This document shows, one piece after another, positions 1 through 10,380 of a stretch of DNA of 64,000 nucleotides. Every line of letters begins with the position of its first letter. Position 1 is the stretch's first letter. A program made the translations under genes and the position numbers. The notes beneath the pieces were generated by a model. The model did no database searches and had not been told where the DNA came from. It saw only the letters and a program-made list of their open reading frames with translations. Source of the DNA: Moniliella sp. 'wahieum' (Eukaryota); contig RSEE01000001.1 of NCBI GenBank assembly GCA_003971905.1, positions 1,674,001 through 1,738,000 of the forward strand. Direction: 5' to 3'.

Positions 1-478
1 GGCGTTCCGGTACTTTATTGTGGCCCGCTACTTGGCGTCGGGGCAAGTGGGTGGTGGACAACGTTATTTTACCTTGTGCACTTTGGTCTGTGGCATGCGG
101 TGGATCGACAGGTCCTCTTTGCATGCAAGGTGGCACCCCGCTTGGCCCGGAAGAGCAAGTTCGGTTTACGTTGGCGTGGGGGCTGCGAGAACTGTTGGCG
201 TTTCCAATTTGGCTGTGGGCCATGGCCGGAAGCACAGGTACGTCGTTCTTGTTGGTCCTCTTGTTCTCTTCTCTTCTCTTCTCTTCTCTTCTCTTTTCTT
301 CTTCTGCCAGACTGGTTCTTTGTTGCTTCGACCGTTCTTCTAACACCTGTACATCATACGTCTCTGCGTTGCAGTCCAGTGGCGCGGGCGCACCTACCGC
401 ATTCTCTCCTCGGGTCGGGCTGCCCGGGTGGCTCCCTCGGACGCAGAAGGTCACCAAGCCCTGTTGTCCGAACAGTGA
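1..478 (+). CDS. Glucosylceramide synthase (ceramide glucosyltransferase), 3' end only; intron 238-374
   Basis: Reads ...AWGLRELLAFPIWLWAMAGST|VQWRGRTYRIL...EQ* after splicing GTACGT..TGCAG. This matches the C-terminal 'RE..AFPIW...V.WRG' pattern of fungal GCS/HSX11. One apparent indel near 125. Confidence 0.7.
264..303. repeat. (TTCTC)n intronic microsatellite
   Basis: Tandem pentamer visible directly inside the intron. Confidence 0.9.
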
Positions 479-629
479 GCGGTGGGGCAAAGATGGCTCT
501 CCTACGGCCTAACCTCTCGTTGTGCCGAATGCGGCAGTACCGTACCAAACATACGATGAATGGGTTCCGTCTGCCTGCTCTGTATTGTACAATATAACAT
601 AGAAAGCCCCCTCCCACCCCTCACCTCGC

Positions 630-1130
630 TCAGAGTTTGGTACTATCGCCCCCCGGAACGCATCGGCATCTCGCAGGACGCATGGTCCTCCATAAATGAT
701 GCGTTCCTGCAGTTCGGGGGCCAAGGAACGTGCCCACGCGACAAACGCCGCGTCTTCCGCGCCCGGCTGGAGCCATATGGCAGGCACGTTGAGGTCGAGC
801 AGCGCCTGCCGTGCCGTGGCTAGCGACACGCGGGGCGGAGTGACGATGCTGATGGCTGTCTTGCTAGGGCCAGGCGGCGGGAGAGAAAGCAGGTTGGGCG
901 CGACGGTCAAACCTTCGATTTGGGAAGCGGTGGGGTTGATAGGCGTGACAGGCAGGTTGCGCTGTGCGTACCACTTGACCAGCTTGTTGCCAAACTTGCT
1001 CTGGTCCGAGCTCGCTCCCACGACGGCAAATGCGTCTTGGGCCAGGAAGGTCTGCGGGGAAAGGCGGGCATCAGTATATGCGGGGGGCAGAGACGATGGG
1101 ACGTGCCTTGAATGCGGCTGGACTCGACAT
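630..1130 (-). CDS. CoA-binding domain protein (YccU-like); GC-AG intron 1052-1106
   Basis: MSSPAAFK|TFLAQDAFAVVGASSDQSKFGNK...PINP...SIVTPP...IWLQPGAED...GGPCVL carries the CoA_binding_2 family motifs. It probably ends -PKL* (PTS1-like) if one base is missing near 640. Confidence 0.85.
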
Positions 1131-1532
1131 GGGGGAGGATGGGGATGGGGATGGAGATGGGGGGAGTTGGAGACGGTGGGGCCGGTGGCGAAGCACGCCA
1201 TCATACGGCCACAACAACAGTGCGGGGTATTCGCTATCAACGCACATATGAACGTTCAACGTTCACCCGCTTTCCGCTGTCGAAACGCGCACACATTCCG
1301 CCCGAACACGCTGCGTACGTCAGCAGCCAAGGAAGGTTGGCCGCGCCGTTCCGCAGCCAAACAACTGCCCCCCCACCACCCCCCCCGAGGCCAGCGCAAC
1401 ACCGCCGCACCCACACCCCCCCTCCTCCTTCCGTCCTCCTTTCTCCCCTCCCTTCCTCCCCTTTCTCCTTCTCCCCCACTCCACTCCCACCCCATCCCCA
1501 CCCCACCCCCCCATCCCCACCCCCCCACCCCC

Positions 1533-2518
1533 ATGTCCACCGTCACCCCCGACCTCGTCAGCACCGACCCCGCTGAGGCCATGGTCGTCGACCCTGCCGC
1601 CGGCGCTCCGGACGCGCCTGCTCCCGAGTCCGGAGAGGCTGCGATGCCCGGTTCAACGTCCAGCTTCGCGCCCTCGTTCTCTCTCCCGACGCGTCCGTGA
1701 TCATTGGCAAGGGCGGCAAGCACATCACCGAGATCCGCCAGAGACGGAGCGCGTCTGACCATCTCGCCTCCGCTCCCGCAAAACCCGGAGCGCATCCTCA
1801 CCGTCTCGGGCCCGCTCGACGCGGTCAGCCGCGCGTTCGGGTTGGTCGTGCGCCGCGTGAACGATGAGCCGTTTATGCAGCCGTCGCTGCCGGGCTCGCG
1901 CGCGTACACGCTCCGTTTCATCGTGCCCAACTCGCGCATGGGCTCGGTGATTGGCAAGGGCCGGCACCAAGATCAAGGAGATCCAAGAAGCTTCTGGTGG
2001 CGCGTCTGCAAGCTGGCGAAGCGATGCTGGCCGGATCGACGGAACGGATGCTGTCCATTACCGGCGTTGCCGACGCGGTGCACATTGCCGTGTACTACGT
2101 CGGTCTGGTTCTGGCAGAGAACCAGGAACGCGGTGCGTCGAGCAACTTGGCCTACCGCCCGGGCGCGGGCGCAGGCGCGCCGTACGCCAACGCGTACTTC
2201 CCCGGTGCCCCGGCGGTGCGGCGCCGGCGGCGCCGTATGGCATGGCGCCCGGAGCGCCGACGCGGCCGCGCTCCCGGCCGGCAGCCAGACGCAGCAGATC
2301 TTCATCCCGGACGACCTGGTCGGCTCGGTGATCGGCAAGGGCGGGTCGAAGATCAATGAGATCCGCCAGGCGTCGGCACGCACATCAAGATCTCGGACCC
2401 GGCGGGCGGACGGAGCGGCTGGTCACTGTGACGGGCCCGCCGGCGAACTTGCGATTGCGGTCAACATGCTGCATGCGCGGGTGGAGGATAGCGGCACCGG
2501 CTGCAGAATGCGCAGTAG
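1533..2518 (+). CDS. Triple KH-domain RNA-binding protein (Rnc1/PBP2/hnRNP K-like), with apparent indels
   Basis: Three GxxG KH loops across frames: VIIGKGG, MGSVIGK(A)G, VGSVIGKGGSKINEIRQAS. Also ERILTVSG and ERMLSITG. Confidence 0.85.
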
Positions 2519-2847
2519 GGCGATGGCGATGGCGATGGCTATGGCGATGGCAATCGCCGTGGTGCTCGCTGCTCGCTGCTCGCTGCTCATTCGGGCGGTG
2601 CAATGGAATGGATGCCGCGTGCGGTTTGATGCGATGGGCTGGACAGGCGATAGGACCAGGAGCGGCGTAGTGGCAGACAGAAGAGCGCTGGGCCCATGCT
2701 AGGGTTGCATGCGCTAGGGTTGCCCCGACACGTGGCCACGAGCCACGCGATTAGCTAAGCGCCCCCCCCCCCCGTCTGATAACACTGGCGGCGCACGCAT
2801 CCAGCCATGCTCGCCCGCCCGCCGCGACCAGCCCCCCTCCATCCGCC

Positions 2848-5800
2848 ATGTACTGGAACGGCTTCGCCACCGCCTCCACCCTCGACGCCGTCCTGGAGCA
2901 GCCCGACGTCACCCTCGAGCTCGTCCTCGACGAGCCCGACGTCCTCCAGGAGGCCAAGGCCCAAACAGCAAGCTCGCCGCCTTCCTCGCCCAGCCCCCCC
3001 GCCTCCGCCGCCTGCTCGCCCACGTCGTCGGCCAGGCCCACGTCCCCGCCCCCCCCGCTGTCGCCGCCAGTGCCGCTGCCGCTGCCGCGTCCCCGCCACC
3101 GACCCGCCCCCCTCCCTCGGCCACGGACGATGCGCATGCCCAGTGGCAGGAGAAGGTGCACTTCAAGTACCCCTACCTCGCCGCCGAGCTGCTGACCAGC
3201 GACGTGCTCCCCGTCCTCACCGCCCTCTTTGCCCACCCCGACACGACGCTGGTGCCCTTTGGAACAGCTTGTTGGACTTTGCGCCCCGCACCCTCAGCCC
3301 CCCCGCTCCCTTTCCACCAGCATCCCCTATTTGCCGCCAGTGTCAAGCGTCCGCTCCACCCGTCCCCCCATGCCCCCACCTTCCCTCCTCCCTCTCCGCA
3401 CACAGTCCGCCAGCCGACGCTCCTGCAGACGCATCGGGATCGCATTCACATTTGCCTTCGCATCCACAACCGCATTCGCATCCCATCCGCATTCGCATTC
3501 GCATTCGCATTCAGCTTCGCATCCGCATTCGCCTTCGCATCCCCCTGCTGTACTAGGTCCGGGGCCCAACGTCCTCGCAGGCTACTGGGCCAAGGTGAAC
3601 GTGTACCTGTTTGGAAAAACGGCCGCGTGAGGTACTGCTTGATTCCGCTCCAATGGGTGGCTCACGGCGATCGGCTGCGGAGAAGAGGAGAATAAGGGAA
3701 AGGGGAAAACGAAAGAAAAAGAACCCTACTGACCCTTTTGTGTGTGTTTTGTGTTTGCCTGCATTCAGTTCCTCGCGTTCCTCCAGCCCAGCCGTACATT
3801 GTCGAACGCTTTGCCGCCATGCGAGACGCCCGCGGTGGTCGATCTGCTGTACCGCATTATCGCCTCGGACCAAACGGCGAAGACAGGGATTATTGATTGG
3901 CTTTCGGAGCACCGTTGGTCTCGTGTCTGGTTGCCCTCCTCTCTCGAGCCCTCTGTTGAGATGCACAACAATGTGGCGGAACTGCTCAAGACGGTCATCT
4001 CACTTTCGCGGCGCCCCATTGACAGGCGGCTCGGCCGCGGCGGGGGGTTGCCCCCACCCCAAATCGTACGGCGCGACGGAACCGATGCTTCTTGGGGACC
4101 GAGTCGGACGGATGAGCAATTCGTTGGTGCGCGATTTTGGCATCGCAACCGGTTGTCGATCAACTGATCACGCTCATGTTTGACGAGCAGCAAGAGCAGG
4201 ATCTCCCCCCGCCTACGCCCACGCCTACGTCTACGTCTCCTCAGAGCGGGGCGAAGGCAACGCAGCACAGCAGAAGAAGTGCAAAGAGCACAGAGGAAGC
4301 CATCCCGCTCCCGCTCAACCCACTTGACACGCTTCGTCCGAGGCGCAGTTATCTGGGTACTTTGCCAGTTGCCCCCTCTGCCTCGGCACCCACCTCGGTC
4401 GCCGGTTCTCCCAACCGCGATGCTCCGTTGGCTATGGCGGGGCTGGGATGGGACTTTGCTTCGTCCTCTCCTGGTGCGGCAGCTGGTGCCTCGGGTCCGC
4501 CCCAAGCGCCCAAGTGGCCAAGCAGCCGAAACAAAGCAGTGCGTTAACGACGTGCATTGGGATCATCATTGAGTTGATTCGCAAGAACAACTCGGACTAC
4601 TTTGAGCAGCACCTCTTCCATGCGCTTCGGCAAGCGTTGCTCCAGAAACAGCAGGAACTCGACGACCAGCGCGTCGCCAAGAAACAAACCAGTGCTGTCC
4701 AAGCGCCCGAGACGGCGTCGACGGTGTCTACGTCGGGGGGCGAAGCAGAAGAGGTGCTGGTTCCCGAGGAGTTGGCCGTGATGGAAGGTGAAATCCACGC
4801 TCTGTCTCACAAGGCCGGGATTGTGCACCTGGGCCCACTCTTGTTTCCCTTTCGCACCGCATGCCCGACTTACAACGACTCCTCCTCGCACCCGATTCGG
4901 AACACGCGCTACACACCACTGTCGGTTCCATCTTACCGCTGACGGTGGATCGGTATCGCGTATGCGAGCTGTACGCTGAGCTGCTGCATTGTTCCAATAT
5001 GGCTCTTCTCAATCGACCCCCTGGTACTGGCCCCACCTACGATATTCGTCATGGCACGCTGATGGGCGGTCTGGATGGGTTCCAGGCACTGACCGATGCG
5101 TTGCAAAGCAGCGAGCCGGACGTGGAGGAAGAAGCTGAACCTGCCGAGCGTGTTGAGCCCGTGGCTGAGGAAGCGCCGACGCCTACGCCCCAAACAGTGG
5201 GCGAAGTGGCTTCAGAAGTTCCACAAGGGAAGGACGTTAGGTCGCTACTTGAGGACTTTGCCCGGCGCGCTCAGCAGACTGCACAGGCCGCTGCGGCAGC
5301 CTCACCGCCGCCCCGTTCCCTCGTCCGGGCGATTTACTCAAAGAGCGATTTATTTCCTGTGGAGTGGTACGCACGCTGGTCGATCTCTTTTTTGCGTTTC
5401 CGTGGAACAACTTTTTGCACAATGTCGTGTACGACGTGTTGCAACAATGCTTCAATGGAAGGATGAGTGCTTTCCCAGCCCCCGCCGCCTCGGGATCAAC
5501 CAAGCTGCAAGATCAGCAGTCGGAGCAGGAGCAGCCACAGGAACAGGAGCAGGAACAGGAGCAGGAACAGGAACCGAACCCGTTTGCCGATACAGAGGCG
5601 GCCGAAGGCACACCAACCCCTACCCCGTCCTCCCCCTCCCCCTCTCCATCTCCCTCTGCCTCTGCCTCTGCCTCTGCCTCTGCCTCAGCCGGGACAAGGC
5701 GGGGGTACAACCACTGCTCACGCGTGACGTGTTTCAACGCGGCGACCTGTGTGGGTCAATCGTGCAGGGGTACCAACTGAATGCCGCCTCGGAAGCCGAA

Positions 5801-7171
5801 CCGGGCAAAGTGCGGTTAGGGTTCATGGGTCATCTCAGCTTGATTGCCGAGGAAGTAAGTAAAGTGTTGGAGCGGTACCCTGGTTCCTTGGCTGCGCCTC
5901 TCTGGGCCCAATCGCCCGCCGTCGAAGCATCAGGCGTGGGACCAGTTGGTCGCATCGCTGCGCGAAGCACGGGCGCGGGAAACCAATCCGCTCGGCGCGG
6001 TCGGTGGAGGCGGCGAAGGTGGTGGTGAAGAAGACCGGGTGGACCGGTCGGGGTTTGGTGAGTCTGGATTTGGTGAGGTATCGAGTGGGTTAGGCTTGGA
6101 CCCGTCGGGCGGACAGGAATCTTCGTCGTTTGCCAATTACCTCTCGGCCCAGATTCGAGGTGGGGGCGACGACGATGATTCGGACGAGGATCCTGCGTGG
6201 CCGCAAGCTGGGGCTGGAACCAAATCTGATCCTGCCACTGCCCGAGCCGGTCCATCTACCGGGTTTGACGACGACGACGACGATGGGTTTGGTTTTGATG
6301 AGTTCCAGTCGGCGCCAGCGCCGGGCGAAGGGGGCGAAGGTGACGGGTTTGAAGACGATTGGGGTCCGTTCACAGGTACAGCCGGGGAAACCGATGTGGC
6401 AGAAGATCCCTTTGCCGATGGTGCTGGGTCCACTTGGACCACCGAGTACCATTCCCCCTCCGAGACCATGACCACCACCAACACCACCCTCGGCTGGGGC
6501 GGGGAGGAAGAAAGTGGTCCGGCGCGCACCAGTAGCCATCTCTTCCGTTCCGCCTCGGTTTCTTCCTCTGATTCGGGGTCCAGCGGGAACGGTCACGGTG
6601 GTACCGGGACCGGGACCGGCACCAGCGCCTTCAAGAGCTCACCATTGGTTATGACGCGGGACGGGTCGGGCGGAGCCGGGGCTCCACTTTCGCCACTGCT
6701 ACTGGCTCGGTCCGCGTTGGTACCCCCCTCACCAATCAAGCACCACCGCCGACGCTCTTCGCTTCGTCAACGTCTTCAGCAGGAAGCTTGGAGTTGGCTG
6801 CTGACCCGGGCTCCCCGCTCGGTCCGGGCGTCGATCTGAACTCGACACGGATGGTGGAGGAGGAAGAGGTAGGTACTCCCGGTCCGAGATTGGTGCGTAC
6901 CCTAGACGTAGCACTGGAACCTACGCGGGTGGAAGTGCCGTTGGACGATGTGGCGCTGGCGCTGGCCGAGGGGCAGTTGGGTGAGTCTGCGGGTGCATCA
7001 CCGGGTGCACCCGAGCGGAGGACGAGTGGCGGGTCTGAGCAAGCCCCCGGTGTGTCATCTCAAGTGGCACAACCGGCGAAAGAAGCGAAGGCGGCACAAG
7101 AGACAGAGGGCGCCGTTGAGGACAAGGAAGCGCCTGCCTCGGCCCAAGAGGTGGCCGCAAGTACCCAGTAA
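2848..7171 (+). CDS. SIT4/PP6 phosphatase-associated protein (SAPS family, Sap155/185/190-like); intron about 3632-3768; multiple indels
   Basis: MYW..FAT.STLDAVLE...LDEPDVLQE, FKYPYLAAELL, AGYWAKVN, IIIELIRKNNSDY, RYRVCELYAELLHCSNM, LFFAFPWNNFLHNVVYD and RLGFMGHL are diagnostic SAPS blocks. Confidence 0.9.
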
Positions 7172-7983
7172 CAAGGAGAAATTGCGTTGCATTGCATTGG
7201 TGCTTCCTCGCTTCGCTTCCCGCTTCCCACTCCCCGCTTTCCGCTTCCCTGGCTCCCGCTCAACTGCTCCGGACAGTACGCTGTGCTGCGCCCGAGGCGC
7301 GCACGGCATGGTATCGGGAGCAGCTGGCAGACTACGGCAGGCTGGGGAAGCGTGCTAGCTGCCTCCCCCCGTCTGGGCTGCTTTCCCTAAGACCAGTGTG
7401 TTGGATGTGTTGGGTTCGCTACGAGCGGCCGTCGGACGGGCAATGCGCTGGGTGTGGCACAAGGCGAGGATGCGATGCAATGCACACCCACAGCGGGAGC
7501 AGCAATCTACTCATCTGCTCGGCGAAGACACAGGATGGGTTCAAGTAGCGCACTGGACAGACGAGGGCGATTGCTTGGCACAGGCACAGCCTCCAGGGCC
7601 GCCTCGGCGGGAGGGGCAGACTGCCATCTTCGAGGTTAGAGGCTAGAGACTAGACGCTAGCGGTTATCGATTATCGCAGAGGTTAGAGTGGGAGGCAGCG
7701 GCGTAAAATTCAGACTCAATTCGCACGCCAGCGTCAGGCGCCCACACTGCCCTTGTCCCGCCGCGCGTGCCGGTGGGGGGCACACTCGCCCGCTGCGGGG
7801 GCAGCGGGGCGCAGCACTAGTCCTGTCTGTGCGCCTCCCCAATCTCCTCGCTTGCTCGCACCCACCAAAAACACCCACCGGCCCGCTCCCAAGCGCATTC
7901 GTCTTCTTCCCGTCGCCCTCGCCTCCCTTGCCCTCCCCACCACCCACCACCCCCACACCACCATCTCCCTCATCCCCGCCACC

Positions 7984-8299
7984 ATGTCGCGTCCCGCCAC
8001 CCCCAAGGCCCCCCTCGCTCCCGGTACCGCCCCCCAGACCCCGTCCCTGTCTGTGTAGTACCGAGACCCAGTGTCCTGCCTCCCCCCCCACCCTCACGCC
8101 TGACTCACGTCCCACGTTCTCCGGCGCGCGCACCACTAACCTATCCCTCTCCCTCTCCCCCCCTCCTCCTCCCGCTCCTTAGGACGAGCAGCACCAATGC
8201 GCCGTGTGCCACAGGAGCAACGTCGCTCTCTTCTTCCTTGAAGACCTGGGGCGGCAATGGGTCTGTCCCGTGTGCGAGTTTGCCCGGCTACGCGCGTAG
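7984..8299 (+). CDS. Candidate two-exon C4 zinc-ribbon microprotein (about 60 aa)
   Basis: ACCATG at 7984, branch ACTAAC about 8135, polypyrimidine tract and TAG acceptor at 8182. Exon 2 reads DEQHQCAVCHRSNVALFFLEDLGRQWVCPVCEFARLRA*. The donor site is uncertain (8053 or 8024). Confidence 0.45.
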
Positions 8300-9039
8300 C
8301 CCCCCCCCCCACCGTCCTGTGCGTTTGTGGTGAAACCAAGAGCCAAAGGTGACCTCCACCACCACCTCCTCTTCCCACCCAACAAAACACAACCGAAACA
8401 AAAAAACAACTGTTGTCGCGCAACTCTGATACCGATCCCTGCTACCACGAATAGCACCACCACCTCACCACCACCCACCATCCTTCTTCCCCGTTCCGTT
8501 TCCTCCCTCCTCGGTTCATTTGGTTCCATTTCTTCGTATCTGCTTCTGCTCTTCTCAGCTCCCCCCCCCCCCCCAAGTTCCTTCCTCGGGCGTGGTGACC
8601 CTCCCGTTCTGCGTTCTTCAGTATGCAGTCTGCCGTCTAAGTTCATATCCATCTCTGCCTTGTACCCCTCCCCTACTGGTGTCCGAGCCGTGCATTGCCG
8701 ACTGTCGGATGTGTGGGCGTAGGCGTAGGCGTAGGCGTTGCGTGCGGCGGCCCAAGGGAAGCTATAGATAACGAGATCACTGCGAGTCTAGCAGCCGGTG
8801 GGTGGGCAAGGGCCCTTGGACCACCTCTTCCTCCTCGCGTCGCGTCGTATCGCTATCGCTGCACCGTGCCACTTCCCACACGTCATCGAGGTCATCCGGT
8901 GTTGGGCCCGAGGGCCTGAGGCTCAGGCTCCTGCGACGTCCTGTGCGTGGCATCCTCCCTGGGCTCGCCAGTCCTGCTTCGTTCGTCTCCTCGCCGTTGT
9001 GCCGCCGCCACCTGTCACACTCACGAGCACGTCCTGTTT

Positions 9040-10380
9040 GGCATACTTCACGTCACACGTCACGCGTCACGTCGGACCTCTGACCAGTGACTCAGTGGTA
9101 CCGGTGACCTCACTAGTCACTAGTCACTAGCTTCCACCATCTTCAAGCTTCAGGTATCCTTTTGGGCCTTAGGCCCGATATGTCGTGCGGCAACAAGGCT
9201 AGTGGGGGGGCGGAGCACATACAGCCGCTTGGTACCAATGTCCAAGCGACGGTCATTAATCATTCCCAGTCTTCCCCAACCCCAGCCCCCAGCCGCTACC
9301 CACTCGTCCCGCGGAGAAAAGCTGAGCTGAGGCTGAGGCACTGAGAACTCATCTGAGTACTCTTGAGTTCTGTGAGTTCCGAGTATTAGTACTGAGTGAC
9401 TGAGTGAGTACTGAGTGGGCTTCCGCAGCGAGCATCTCCGATCTCAGCTCCTTTGTTACTCGGTTCTGAGAGGCTTTCCGATCGCAACCATCGCGCTCAG
9501 TCGTTCAATCAACGTTCAACGTTCAACGTGGACCGAGAGCGCTAGATGCTGAGAGGCGCTGGGAATCAGAAGGCGCTCTGTACGGTCACATAGTACGTTC
9601 AACAGCTCAGAAGGAACTTTAAAAGTATAGCTTGTTGGATCGCAGCGCGGCGCCTATATTAGGGCCCAACCTTGGTCCCTACTTCGTACTTGGGCAACAC
9701 ACAAACAGTGGGCACTGAGCTAAAAAGCGCGCTGGCGCTCAGCCTCAGCGCTCAGGCTGAGCTCAGCCTGGGTGTTCAAGTTGAACCGTTGAGCCACAGA
9801 GGTGCGTACATAGTAGCTGCGGGGGAATATGGAATGGCCCATGGCCAATCGAGCGCCAATCGCCAATCGGCACGCGAGCACCGCTCATCGATCGATCATC
9901 CATCCAGCGTCGCTGTGGGTTGGCACATATTTTCCGAACCGAGCGCGGCCGCAACAGAAAACCCCCATAAGCTGCGCAATAATAGTGTGCGCTATATAGG
10001 CGCTACTCGCCCTTCCTTCCTTGCTAGTCTGCCCTAGAGCCTAGCACGAGGACCGATCGATCACTAAACTACATAGAGCCGAGAGGACCGGGTTTTATTG
10101 TTTTGTTTTTGCTAATGGCACTAGGCACTAGTATTCCTTGTAGTAGATCAATCCTTAATCCGGCCTTACTAGTTACTAGTTACTACTCAGTACTCACCGG
10201 CCTCACCGGTCACCAAAACCCGTCTTCTTCTGGGCCGCTGTAAGGCCTAAGGCCTAAGGTCTAACAGCGGAGTTCAGTTTTATCGAGGCAGACCAGTAGT
10301 CATACATGACATCATAGGCCATGCATCAAGGCGGTCACGCGTGCTACATGTGACCTTGAAGCTAGCTTGAAGCTTGAAGA
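9040..10380. repeat. Intergenic cluster of short strand-symmetric tandem repeats (palindromic heptamers)
   Basis: (TCACTAG)n, (TCAACGT)n, (TTACTAG)n, (TAAGGCC)n, (TGAAGCT)n and CTNAG-rich runs read directly. Confidence 0.75.

Noticed and set aside
2699..2722. Interstitial telomere
   Set aside because: Only two isolated TAGGGTT copies rather than a tandem TTAGGG tract; treated as possible promoter sites.
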